DNA of 64,000 nucleotides. Source: an uncultured Planctomycetaceae bacterium. Lineage in GTDB: Bacteria; Planctomycetota; Planctomycetia; Isosphaerales; Isosphaeraceae. The DNA lies in assembly GCA_963833985.1 (NCBI GenBank), contig CAWIAD010000002.1, positions 5,184,001-5,248,000 of the forward strand, given 5' to 3'. The notes below the pieces were generated by a model, which worked only from the letters and a program-made list of their open reading frames with translations, had not been told where the DNA came from and ran no database searches. This document shows, piece after piece, positions 40,377 through 50,087 of the stretch. Each line of letters starts with the position of its first letter. Within the stretch, counting starts at the first letter, position 1. The position numbers were made by a program, and so were the translations under genes.

Positions 40377-41207
40377 ATGTGCTCGACTCAGACCGACCGC
40401 GCCATGGACGCGCCGGTGCTATCGCAGGATGACGAGCGTGCCATCGACCGAATCGTCCACTCCATGAGTCGGGCCCGGCGCCTGCTGTTCATCACGGGCG
40501 CGGGAATTTCGGCCGATTCCGGACTTCCCACCTACCGCGGACGGGACGGGCTCTACCGGGTCCAGCAGACCACCCCACACGGACTGTCGATCGAGAAAGC
40601 GCTCTCGGGGTCGATGCTCCGCACGCGTCCCGAGATCACCTGGCATTATCTGCTTGAACTTGAGAAGACGAGTCGTCATGCCACTCCGAACCGCGGTCAC
40701 CAAGTGATCGCCGAAATGGATGACTACTTCGACGCAGTCTGGGTGCTCACTCAGAATGTGGATGGTTTGCACCAGAGCGCAGGGTCCCGCAACGTACTGG
40801 ACCTCCATGGCAGCCTGCATGAGCTGCTCTGCACGCAGTGTGGCCAGCAGTCCACGACGCCCGATTATTCCGGCCTCGCGTTGCCGCCCCGTTGCGCCGA
40901 GTGCCAGGGCCTGATCCGCCCCAAGGTCGTGCTGTTCGAGGAAGAACTCCCCTACGACAAGCTTTCCCGTCTCTGGTTCGAGATGGGCACCGGCTTCGAT
41001 CTCATCTTCAGCGTCGGCACCAGTAGTCTCTTCGAGTACATCGTCGAACCCGTCCGGGTCGGCCGCCGGATGGGCACCACGACAGTCGAGATCAACCCCG
41101 AGGACACGACCATTTCGGGCGAGGTGGATATCAAGATCCGTGCCGGCGCAGCCACCGTGCTGGGAGCTGTCTGGGAACGTTACCTGGCCTGGTGGCCCTG
41201 GTCCTGA
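40377..41207 (+). CDS. cobB: NAD-dependent protein deacylase (sirtuin)
   Basis: TGAGISADSGLPTYRG, TQNVDGLH, LHGS, CTQC..CAEC, RPKVVLFEE, GTS, INP. Confidence 0.9.
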   Translation: MCSTQTDRAMDAPVLSQDDERAIDRIVHSMSRARRLLFITGAGISADSGLPTYRGRDGLYRVQQTTPHGLSIEKALSGSMLRTRPEITWHYLLELEKTSRHATPNRGHQVIAEMDDYFDAVWVLTQNVDGLHQSAGSRNVLDLHGSLHELLCTQCGQQSTTPDYSGLALPPRCAECQGLIRPKVVLFEEELPYDKLSRLWFEMGTGFDLIFSVGTSSLFEYIVEPVRVGRRMGTTTVEINPEDTTISGEVDIKIRAGAATVLGAVWERYLAWWPWS

Positions 41208-41217
41208 CCCAGCCAGC

Positions 41218-41514
41218 TCAACCGCCTGGTGCCTCCTGGCCGGGGGGCGCGTCGAACTTGACGTCCCCTGGCTCCGCCGTGGCCACACTGGCCGCCGGAG
41301 TACGTGATTCCTGGGCCGGGGACGGTTCATTGTCAGACGGGGGCGGATACTCGTAGTTGAGAATCGTCTCCACCAGCAAGGTCCCGAAGGGCGGAAGATT
41401 GCCCGATTCGATGCCGGCATGCTTCTTGAGGATTTCCAGGATCTCCTCCTTCCCGCGCTGGGTGGTCAGGAGATTTCGAATCTCGTCCTCGCGCTCTTGG
41501 CGGTTCATCGTCAT
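41218..41514 (-). CDS. Small hypothetical protein
   Basis: MTMNRQEREDEIRNLL..ETILNYEYP; GC3-biased codons. Confidence 0.55.
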   Translation of the reverse strand: MTMNRQEREDEIRNLLTTQRGKEEILEILKKHAGIESGNLPPFGTLLVETILNYEYPPPSDNEPSPAQESRTPAASVATAEPGDVKFDAPPGQEAPGG

Positions 41515-41634
41515 CGCCTCGTTGTCGAGATGGCTGCCCCGCATGACCCGCCGTCCACCGATGGGCCAGTAACAGTCATGATGATCATGCAACTGGCGGG
41601 CCAGTCGGAACCGGTTCGTTCGTGGACGGGCCGG

Positions 41635-42183
41635 TCAGGGCTGGGCCTCCAGCACGAAATACATGCGCAGAGTCGGTTGCGGCTCGGTGCGCGCGTACAT
41701 GAGACCGAGGAAGAGGCCGGGACCGATCTGGCGGATCTCGTCGCGATTCCGGGCGTAGACGCGTGAGGTCTGGCTGTAGTCCAGGATCAACGCCGGTGCT
41801 CCGTCGAGCCAGCTTTGCTGCTGATAGACCTGGGCACGGATCATCGGCAGGCCGAAGAAACGATTGACCGCCGACGAGCTGGCGGGATCGAAGACCTTGC
41901 CCTGCCAGAGGATCCGGGTTCCCCGTGCCATGGTCACGTTCCGCCGCGTTCCCGGTGCCAGGATGGCCGTTCCGCGGACTCGCCCCGCCGGGATGGCCGT
42001 GGCGCTTCCCTGGCGATAGAGTGCCTCGAGTTCGGGGCCGGTCATGTGAAGCAGTTGCTCGGGACGAAGTGGTGTTTCCAGGCAGAGCGCCCGGGACGGA
42101 AGCTCCATGCAGCAGAGCCAGGCAGCCAGGCTGAGAGCAGATATGGGGATTCGATGTCTCGATCGATCAGCTGAAAAACTCAT
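41635..42183 (-). CDS. Secreted hypothetical beta-rich protein
   Basis: 3' end of the 902-aa frame; signal peptide then ELEALYR..P.G..RG..WQGKVF..SWLDG..ILDYS..RDEIRQIGPGLFLG. Confidence 0.7.
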   Translation of the reverse strand: MSFSADRSRHRIPISALSLAAWLCCMELPSRALCLETPLRPEQLLHMTGPELEALYRQGSATAIPAGRVRGTAILAPGTRRNVTMARGTRILWQGKVFDPASSSAVNRFFGLPMIRAQVYQQQSWLDGAPALILDYSQTSRVYARNRDEIRQIGPGLFLGLMYARTEPQPTLRMYFVLEAQP

Positions 42184-42356
42184 GGATGACCTCGGCGGAG
42201 GGTGCTGCGGCCGATGGGGATGCGTCGGTATCCCCAGACATCGGCCAGACGTGCCCGGCGGCTTGAGCCTTTGTAGCCGAGACAGCGACACGCGCCGCGC
42301 AGCCAGCGCAGACCGGCGCGGCATCGCCAGGCAACCGCTCGGGTCGGGCCCGATCG

Positions 42357-45300
42357 CTACTTCACGGCCCGGCCGATCGGCTCCAGCAGTGAGCCGAGCC
42401 AGTACCCAAGCGACGGGAACGCAGTGAGCACGAAGCCCACGACGGGCACCGCATACGGCAGCAGGTTGGACATCAGCGTCTGATCGAGCTTGAAGCTGTT
42501 GGGCGCCTTGCGAGAGACGCGGCTCACAAAGTCGCTCTTCTCGATTTGCAGGAGCACCAGCAGGGTGGCCAGGACGCCGGCCGCGATGAACCCCCAGATG
42601 ATGATCGACATCAGTTTCAGGGGGTGAAACGGGTACCAGGCCACCGCCAGCAGCAAGAGCAGAGGCCCATAGATGAGCTGGGCCGACATGCTGCGGAGCG
42701 GATGGGCGAACTGGCTGACCAGGTAGACAACCCTCAACGCCAGGAGCTGCTCGGCCAGGTCGAGCCACTGGCTGGTGGCGGCATCGGTGTCTGGCGTGAC
42801 GGGACCACCCGCTTCGCCCTTGGCCTGACCGTCGTCGGCCATGGTTCCGCCGTAGGCCTGCTCCAGGCTGCGCCTTGGCCACGCCAGGTTCATGACCGGC
42901 CCGACACAGGCGTTCGACACGATCTCGAACCGCTCCACATCGGAGGTGGGACCGCGGGCCGCGACCGCAGCCCGGAGCGCTTCCTGAGCGGGCAGCCGCG
43001 CGGCGTCGGCTTGCTCGGCCGCGGGCGCCCAGCCCAGGACCAGCCGGCATTGCTGAAGGGGGATCTCCAGGTCCATGTCCTCCTGCAATGAGGTCCGCAG
43101 GAACCGGCCGAACTTCGCGGCCACGCGGGGAGGGATCTGGTCGAAGGCCGAAGCCATCGGCAGCAGGCTGATCTGGCGAAAGAGCTGGAACAGCGACCGC
43201 CAGAGCCAGAGGTAACGCACCTGCGAGTAGACCAGCAGCAGCAGGTAGGCCAGGAGCGCCAGGATGATCAGCAGATCGAACCGCGCACCCTCGGGCGTGG
43301 GAATGAACCGCGGCCAGATCACGCCCCAGACCAGGACCAACAGCCCGGCCACGGCCGAGACCACCAGCCCGGCCACGGGCAGGTTCTTCGAGACCAGCAC
43401 GGTCACCGGGTACTCCAGCAAGTCGACGCACAGCCGGAACCGGGCATTGAGCCGCGGAATGACGCGCTTCCAGGGGAAGTCGCCAGGCATCGTCACACCC
43501 GCCAGTGAGATCAACTCCGAACCTCTGCGCAGCAGCGGATAGGCCCTGAGCCGTTTGAGCTCGAGATAGCACCACCAGAAGATCGCCGCGCCGATGCAGG
43601 TGACCGGCACGATGGGTGAGATTCCCCCCAGCAGATGGGCGCTGCGGTCGAGCGCCAGCCAGGAATTCGGCAGCTCCGGGCGCAACAGCGCGAACTCGAA
43701 GAGACGGATGACAATGAAGGCGATTCCGACCACGACCACCGAGAGAGTCATGACCCTGTAGAACAGGCTCTCGAAGATCAGCCAGCGGTCCACTTGCACC
43801 GGCCCTTTGCCCGCGGTCCGCTTGCCGGAGCTGTTCCGGCGAATCGCCTCGCGCAGGCAAACCAGCAAGGGGACGAGCAGCCAGAGCATGGTCAGGATGC
43901 CCAGCATGGCCAGTGCGTAGACGTCCCAGCTCACCATCAGCCTGGCCTCCCGATCCCCGGCGGGCGCCACGCGGGGCGGTATCGCCACATCCAGGGGCGT
44001 GGCCAGCATGCCGTACGGTACCGCCAGAGCGACCAGCAACAGCGAAGTCAAGAACAGATGCTTGCGCGTGCTCGACTGGCCGGAGACCACGAACCGGCTG
44101 AGAACCGGGTCGAACCAGCTTGTCAGCGCCCGCGGCTCGCCGTCTTTCCGGGCACGCAGGTTCGTGTAAAGCACCAACGCCGCAACCATGAACGTGACGA
44201 AGGTGCCCACGCAGAAGACCAGTTTCCAGATCAGTGGAAAATCGTACTCGAATTTGAGCGAGATGACCGTCTCGGCCTGCGGGTCCAGGCTGACGATGGG
44301 GGGGATGAGGGCCTCGCCCCGCGCCCGCTGTTCCGTCTCGCAATGACTGAGCGAGCGGACCGCGAGCGGCCAGATCCGGCCCAGCCCCACCTGGTTGATC
44401 CAGATCTGCGGACGGCGGTTCACCGAATCAAGGAACGTGGCCACGAAGGGTCGGCCATAAACCAGGAAGTCCTCGGCCTTGGCGGTATCGACGACCAGGC
44501 GATTGGCCCGGTCGGGATCGCTCACCGCGTTCAGCAACACCAGCGCGGCGTTGTACCGGCCGACGTCGAACTCGCTGGCAAAGAGACGCCGCTCGATGGA
44601 TCCCTGGAACGGATACGACCAGACCTGGGCACGGGCGTCCAGCGGGTACGACGAGGCGATGATGGTGCCCCGAAAGTCGAGTGTGAACTGCGGATCGGAG
44701 TAGCGCAGGTCGTTGCCCACCAGGATGATCTGCACATCCGGGCAATTCTCCCGGACCAGCCGGGTGAGGTAGATCACGTCCAGGATATCGGTCGCCACGA
44801 TACCCAGGTAACGGACGTCCTCGTGGGCGATCGTCGTGAGGATGTTCGAGAGGATCAGACTGTCGGTGGCGACAGTCATTTTGGGCGAAAGCGCGGGCAG
44901 GCGGTCGGTCTGGCGGCCCGTCGGTGGATCGAAGGGAATCGAGACGCGGCTCTTGGCCGCAGCGCCTGTGCCCGAGCTGGCGCTGGCCGCTTCGCTGGCT
45001 CGAACCTGGGCGATCTGAGACGGAAAGGGAATCGAGATGATCTGTTTTGACTGGTTGCTGGTGCCGCTGGTGCCATAGGTGTTGCCCACCACGGAGCCGT
45101 AACCCGATCCGGTCTCGACCAGCAGTGCAATCTTGCCCGCGGGCAGCGCGGGGCTGGAGGGATCGTGCCGGCGGGCAGGGTTGGCCAGGAAGCGGTAGAG
45201 CGCGGCCAGCAGAATGTCGTCGGGAATCACGCTGGCGGAGTAGAGGGCACGAGCGGGCGAGGCGTTGCGTTCGAACGAGGATTTGTCGATGGCAGTGGCC

Positions 45301-46247
45301 GATCCCGAACAGACCCAGATGGGGGCCTCGCGGCGCTCCTGCCGGGCTTCGGCCCACATTCGCAGCACGCGCGCCATCGAATCGCCAGTGCCGGAGAACG
45401 TCGGCGCCAGGACGCGGATGACCGGCTCGCGATCCAGCGACTTGCTGTTTCGCTGGTAGTCGAGCGACCAGGCGATATTCAGGCTCGTCGTGAGCGCCTC
45501 CTGCTCGATGCCCCACGTCGGCGTCTCGCCGACGATGAGCAAGAGCAGCAGTTCCTGGGGAGCGGCGAGTTGGCCGGGTTGCGGCGGAGAGCGGTCGATC
45601 CGGAACAAAATGGATCCGGGCTGACGCTCATACCGAGCACCGCGGAGAGCGGCCAGGACGGCCGCGGGGGGAGCGGGGCCTGGTGCTGCCGGCGTGGCGC
45701 CTGCCCCGGAAGCAGCAGCGGAAGCAGGAACACTGGCGGCAGCAGGGGGCGCGGAGGCGGCCGGCGCGCCGCCGCTGGAGGAGGAGGCATCAAGCCACGG
45801 CAGGCGGAAACGATCGAGCGTGTATCCCTCGGACTCGATGGCCCGCTGGATCGCCTCGGTCGCCATGTCGAAGTCATAGCCCAGGCGCGACTCGGTCGGG
45901 TCAGGAAGCGAGGCAATCACCGTGGTGACGCGGTATCCGCCCAGCGCGCCCGCGAGCTCTTCGAGTGAGCCTGGCGTCTGGCGCAGGTTGAGGAACCTCA
46001 GAAGCGGTTCGCACGCCTCCAGCGCGTCGGCCTCGCTGGCGTGTGGGGGAGGGCCGGAGAGGACCCCGGCCGGTGCCGTGGACTGGCCCGAGCCATCTCC
46101 CTGCGCCGAACCACCTCCGGAACGCGCCGAGAGGTTGTACACGCCGGCGGTCGCCGCGAGGATCAGCATCAGGGCAAGCACGGGCGTCGGCCCGCGGGTG
46201 GCAATCGCCTTGCCCAGGTCGTTGGAATCCGAATCAGCCATCGTCAC
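42357..46247 (-). CDS. 1296-aa polytopic membrane protein with a large extracytoplasmic alpha/beta domain
   Basis: N-terminal TM; about 620-aa soluble domain (LPDP..RL..FD, VGETPTWGI, APTFSG, LGIVATD); about 10 or more C-terminal TMs. Confidence 0.8.
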   Translation of the reverse strand: MTMADSDSNDLGKAIATRGPTPVLALMLILAATAGVYNLSARSGGGSAQGDGSGQSTAPAGVLSGPPPHASEADALEACEPLLRFLNLRQTPGSLEELAGALGGYRVTTVIASLPDPTESRLGYDFDMATEAIQRAIESEGYTLDRFRLPWLDASSSSGGAPAASAPPAAASVPASAAASGAGATPAAPGPAPPAAVLAALRGARYERQPGSILFRIDRSPPQPGQLAAPQELLLLLIVGETPTWGIEQEALTTSLNIAWSLDYQRNSKSLDREPVIRVLAPTFSGTGDSMARVLRMWAEARQERREAPIWVCSGSATAIDKSSFERNASPARALYSASVIPDDILLAALYRFLANPARRHDPSSPALPAGKIALLVETGSGYGSVVGNTYGTSGTSNQSKQIISIPFPSQIAQVRASEAASASSGTGAAAKSRVSIPFDPPTGRQTDRLPALSPKMTVATDSLILSNILTTIAHEDVRYLGIVATDILDVIYLTRLVRENCPDVQIILVGNDLRYSDPQFTLDFRGTIIASSYPLDARAQVWSYPFQGSIERRLFASEFDVGRYNAALVLLNAVSDPDRANRLVVDTAKAEDFLVYGRPFVATFLDSVNRRPQIWINQVGLGRIWPLAVRSLSHCETEQRARGEALIPPIVSLDPQAETVISLKFEYDFPLIWKLVFCVGTFVTFMVAALVLYTNLRARKDGEPRALTSWFDPVLSRFVVSGQSSTRKHLFLTSLLLVALAVPYGMLATPLDVAIPPRVAPAGDREARLMVSWDVYALAMLGILTMLWLLVPLLVCLREAIRRNSSGKRTAGKGPVQVDRWLIFESLFYRVMTLSVVVVGIAFIVIRLFEFALLRPELPNSWLALDRSAHLLGGISPIVPVTCIGAAIFWWCYLELKRLRAYPLLRRGSELISLAGVTMPGDFPWKRVIPRLNARFRLCVDLLEYPVTVLVSKNLPVAGLVVSAVAGLLVLVWGVIWPRFIPTPEGARFDLLIILALLAYLLLLVYSQVRYLWLWRSLFQLFRQISLLPMASAFDQIPPRVAAKFGRFLRTSLQEDMDLEIPLQQCRLVLGWAPAAEQADAARLPAQEALRAAVAARGPTSDVERFEIVSNACVGPVMNLAWPRRSLEQAYGGTMADDGQAKGEAGGPVTPDTDAATSQWLDLAEQLLALRVVYLVSQFAHPLRSMSAQLIYGPLLLLLAVAWYPFHPLKLMSIIIWGFIAAGVLATLLVLLQIEKSDFVSRVSRKAPNSFKLDQTLMSNLLPYAVPVVGFVLTAFPSLGYWLGSLLEPIGRAVK

Positions 46248-46260
46248 CCGGCTGGTACCG

Positions 46261-46728
46261 TCACGGCCTCTTCTTCAGGTCGAAGGCGAACGAGTTGCCG
46301 AAGTCGGTCTTGAACTCCTTGGGACGGCCCGAGTCGCCATTGCTGAAGCAGATCTTGAGCGTGCCGTCGCTGGTGAAGCGGTAGATTCCCCGGGCCTTGT
46401 ATCCCTTTGCGTTGGGCGAATTCTCGAGGACGTCGAAATCGATCTGCTTCTCGGGCTCGGCCCTGGAATTGAGCTTGATGGTCATCTCGTAGCCGCGGGT
46501 CGGGGTCTTGAGCGAGACATGCTCCCTCTTGAAGCTCCAGACGCTTTCATTGCCCTGGCCGTCCCGGGAGACCCACTCCCCTTGCATGGTCTTGAGGTCG
46601 CCGGTGATCTCCGGCGCCGGCTTCTGGTCCTGGCCAGGCACCGGCTGGCTCGCCAAAGCTTCAGGTACCAAACAGGCAGCCACGAGAGAGAACAGCATCG
46701 CGGCCCGCAGAGATCGAGGCATCGTCAA
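46261..46728 (-). CDS. TIGR03067 (planctomycete) domain protein
   Basis: Signal peptide; DLKTMQGEW, PEKQIDF, GIYRF..DGTLKICF..RPKEF..F.LKK. Confidence 0.85.
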   Translation of the reverse strand: MTMPRSLRAAMLFSLVAACLVPEALASQPVPGQDQKPAPEITGDLKTMQGEWVSRDGQGNESVWSFKREHVSLKTPTRGYEMTIKLNSRAEPEKQIDFDVLENSPNAKGYKARGIYRFTSDGTLKICFSNGDSGRPKEFKTDFGNSFAFDLKKRP

Positions 46729-47397
46729 GTGGCTCCTCGCAGCAGATCGGGGGCGCAGCCGATGGATTGTAGGGAGATCCGCTGCGCACCCGGTGGTGTA
46801 CGGACGGGGAAATCTTGCAAGAGAGTCAGCCTAGCATGAGCCATGCGCCGAGTCGAGACGTCGGCTCAATCCTGGTCGGGCGCCGGGTGATTGATCTGCG
46901 TGAAATCAGACCGAGATCGGCCAGTCGGGTTGACAGCACCGCGGGCTCAGGGTTAAATCGCCGGAGTCATGGGAAAGGAGACCCACAATCTTGAGTTGTC
47001 GCGCCAGCGTTGGCCGCTTGAGGCCAGGGAATCGCCAGGCACTCCGAGGTGCTTCCGCGGCAGTTCCTGCGGGCCGTCCTTTCGTTCTGGACACGGACGT
47101 ATCGATGATCTATCACGGGTAACCGTAGCGATATTGCAGGCGTATCAGGGATGACGCGGCCGCAGCGGGGGACTCACCGGTTCATGGATGAACCGGTCCC
47201 CGCAAACCTTCTCACCCGGGCAGTTCTCCTCCGCCAGATCCCGTCATCTCCGCCGTCGACTTTCCTTTCATCCCGTTATGCCGGGCGCCGATTTTCCGCG
47301 GGCTGGCTCAGTCAGAGGTAGGACCTCGAGCATCCGCCGTGCGAATGGCTTGAGCCCTGGACGACCGGGAGTCCCGCCAGGGGCAGGGGGCCGGTTC

Positions 47398-48816
47398 ATG
47401 AGTGCGGAGATCAGAGACCATAAAACCCGCAGGCTGGCGCCGCATCGCAAGTATTTCCCCGCCGGGGAGCAGGCCCAGCGCGACGGCCGCGTGGCCCCAT
47501 CGTGGTGGGAACTGATCTACCAGGACGAGCCGGAAGCCTGCCGCCGCCGCCTCGTGCCGTTTCTCCGGTCGCTGATCCAGCTTGGCCTCCTGGTGGTTCT
47601 GTTCAAGAAGTATCAGATCGAGGGCCGGGCGTTCCTGGCGCTGGCGAAGCTGGCACTGGCCGCCCTGCCGATCCACTATCTGGCCCCCTACCGCTGGAAG
47701 AAGCCGCTCTTCCTGGCGGTCTCGGTGGCCGGGCTGTACTGGGTCTTCGGAACCGAGATCGCCTCCGTGGTCGTGGGGCTGGCCGCAGTGTTCATTGGCA
47801 TCTGCTGCGCGCCTGTGCCCTGGCGGCTTCGTGCCGGCTGCATGGCCGCGCTGGCCGTGGGCCTGGCCGTGGCGCGCAGCCACTCGCTGCTCTCGTTCGT
47901 ACCCAGCACGGTCTGGCCAATCATTGCAACCATGTTCATGTTCCGCACGATAATTTACCTTTATGAGCTGAAGCACGCGAAGGCCCCCGAATCGCTGGTG
48001 GATGCCGCTGGTTACTTCTTCTTGCTGCCTAACTTCTGCTTCATGCATTTTCCGGTCGTCGACTACCGGACGCTCCAGCGCGGCTACTTCGCCGACGACA
48101 TTCACGCGATCCAGCGGCGGGGCTTTCAGATGATGTTTCGCGGCACCATTCACTTGCTGATTTATCGCCTGATCTACCACGAATTACTCATCCCCGCCAC
48201 CGACGTCCAGGACTTCGGGAGCCTTGCCGGCTACCTGGTTTGCAATTACCTGCTTTACATGCGCGTTTCAGGGCAGTTCCACATGGCCTGCGGCATGCTT
48301 CACCTGTTCGGCTACCAGCTTCCTGACACGCACCACCACTACCTACTGGCCACCAGCTTCACCGACTACTGGAGAAGGATCAACATTTACTGGAAAGATT
48401 TCATGGTTCGGCTTTTCTTCAATCCCGTTGTCTTCCGGCTCAAGCGGTGGCCGCAATCTGCCGCCCTGGCGATGGCCACGGTGACGGTCTTTCTGGCCAC
48501 ATGGGCACTGCATGCGTACCAGTCGTACTGGCTGCGGGGAACCTGGGGACTGTCGGTGCCTGATGCGCTGTTCTGGGGTGTGCTGGGGCTTCTGGTCTTG
48601 ATCAACGTGCAGCTGGACGCCCGGCGCAGCCGGAGACGGCCGGCCGCCCGGAGAGCGCGCGATCCGGACCGTTGGATCGTGGTCCGGGGGCTGGCGGCTC
48701 GAGGGCTGAAGACCGCGGCCACCTTCACCACGATTGCCGTACTCTGGTCGCTGTGGTCCAGCCCCACACTGTCGGAGTGGCTGGAAATGATGCACCGCGG
48801 ACTTCTGGGATCGTGA
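47398..48816 (+). CDS. MBOAT-family membrane O-acyltransferase (DltB/AlgI-like)
   Basis: Multi-TM; YLYE, FPVVDY, LYMRVSGQFH..G..LFG, LATSFTDYWRRINIYWKDFM, TWALH (catalytic His). Confidence 0.85.
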   Translation: MSAEIRDHKTRRLAPHRKYFPAGEQAQRDGRVAPSWWELIYQDEPEACRRRLVPFLRSLIQLGLLVVLFKKYQIEGRAFLALAKLALAALPIHYLAPYRWKKPLFLAVSVAGLYWVFGTEIASVVVGLAAVFIGICCAPVPWRLRAGCMAALAVGLAVARSHSLLSFVPSTVWPIIATMFMFRTIIYLYELKHAKAPESLVDAAGYFFLLPNFCFMHFPVVDYRTLQRGYFADDIHAIQRRGFQMMFRGTIHLLIYRLIYHELLIPATDVQDFGSLAGYLVCNYLLYMRVSGQFHMACGMLHLFGYQLPDTHHHYLLATSFTDYWRRINIYWKDFMVRLFFNPVVFRLKRWPQSAALAMATVTVFLATWALHAYQSYWLRGTWGLSVPDALFWGVLGLLVLINVQLDARRSRRRPAARRARDPDRWIVVRGLAARGLKTAATFTTIAVLWSLWSSPTLSEWLEMMHRGLLGS

Positions 48817-48834
48817 CAGGGGGGCTGGATCGCG

Positions 48835-50061
48835 ATGGCAAGCAACCCGGCAACGTCGGTGGCCGCGGCCCGGATGATGGCGATCCAGTGCCTGCTACTG
48901 CTGGCTCTGGCATTCATACCCTGGCCCGAACGGTGGACCTTCCTCCGCTCGCTGCTGGCCTCGGCGCGCTCTCCGGAGCTGAACCGGGCCGAACGGGAGG
49001 TGCATGCCGCGGGCTATTACGAGGGGCTGATCGGCGGCGGCGATGGCGCGGAGGGTGCGCGCGGCGAGCTGGCGCTGCGGCTCATGGGCAAGCCCAACGG
49101 TTGGGTCCGGTTCAACGACGCCGGCGTCTCGCGGATGCTCCCCGGCGATTTCCTTCAGTTCGAGCTCGTGCCCGGCGTGCGGCGGATGCTTTTCGGCCAG
49201 CCGTTCGTCATCAACTCCCACGGCATGCACAGTGCCGAGGTCACCGTCGAGAAGCCCCCGGAGACCTTCCGGATCGCCCTTCTGGGCTCCTCGCTCGACA
49301 TGGGCTGGGGCGTGACCTTCCAGGAGACCTACAGCCACCAGCTCGAGGAATGGCTGAACCGGCACGCCCGGCGGCTGGGCCGGAATTCGCCCCGGCGGTA
49401 CGAGGTGCTCAACTTCGCGGTCGCCGCGTATAGCCCACTTCAGCGGCTAGAAACACTGCGCCGCAAGGCCCTGGCGTTCCACCCGGATCTCGTCATCTAC
49501 TCGGCAACAATGCTCGACCCGCGGCTCATGGAGATCCATCTCTGCGACGCCCTGGCCAGCAAGGCCGATCTGACTTACGGCTTCGTCAAGGACGCATTCG
49601 AGCAGGCCGGAGTCGGCCCGGAGCAGTTCGAGGTTGACGGCGAAGGCAAGCTGGTCTTCAAGGATCAGATCAAGGCCAGGATGCAGCCGCATCACTGGAC
49701 GCTGTACGACTCCACGATCGGTGCGCTCGCGGGAACCTGCCGCAGCGCGGGCATGCCGGTGCTGGTCGTGATCATCCCCCGGGTTGGCAAGGCCGATGCG
49801 CCGCTGGCCCGCGCCGAGTCCGTCGCCCGCCTGAAGGCGATCGCCGGCCACCACGCCCTGCCGATCTACGACCTGAGTGATACGTTCGACCGGTTCGACC
49901 CTGCGACCATCGAGATCGCCGCATGGGACGACCATCCCAACGCCCTGGGACACAAACGGCTCTTCCTGGCACTGGCCCGCTCGCTGGTCAAGGACGAGGC
50001 TCGCTACCGCTTGCTTTTCCCCGAGGATTCCGATCAATCACCGAGATCCCTGAGCAGGTGA
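48835..50061 (+). CDS. Extracytoplasmic SGNH/GDSL-family protein (AlgJ/DltD-like)
   Basis: N-terminal TM; INSHGM, RIALLGSSLDMG, EVLNFAV, WDDHPNALGH. Confidence 0.85.
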   Translation: MASNPATSVAAARMMAIQCLLLLALAFIPWPERWTFLRSLLASARSPELNRAEREVHAAGYYEGLIGGGDGAEGARGELALRLMGKPNGWVRFNDAGVSRMLPGDFLQFELVPGVRRMLFGQPFVINSHGMHSAEVTVEKPPETFRIALLGSSLDMGWGVTFQETYSHQLEEWLNRHARRLGRNSPRRYEVLNFAVAAYSPLQRLETLRRKALAFHPDLVIYSATMLDPRLMEIHLCDALASKADLTYGFVKDAFEQAGVGPEQFEVDGEGKLVFKDQIKARMQPHHWTLYDSTIGALAGTCRSAGMPVLVVIIPRVGKADAPLARAESVARLKAIAGHHALPIYDLSDTFDRFDPATIEIAAWDDHPNALGHKRLFLALARSLVKDEARYRLLFPEDSDQSPRSLSR

Positions 50062-50087
50062 CTCGACGCACAAGAGAGATTTTGCCC

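Noticed and set aside
40377..41207. Sir2-based anti-phage defence system
   Set aside because: The protein is a canonical Zn-binding CobB-type deacylase, with no HerA/pAgo/ThsB-type partner adjacent
42184..44343. 5' part of the 902-aa ORF 41635-44343
   Set aside because: It overlaps the 1296-aa gene in another frame with Arg/Ala/Gly-rich junk; only the last ~180 codons look coding
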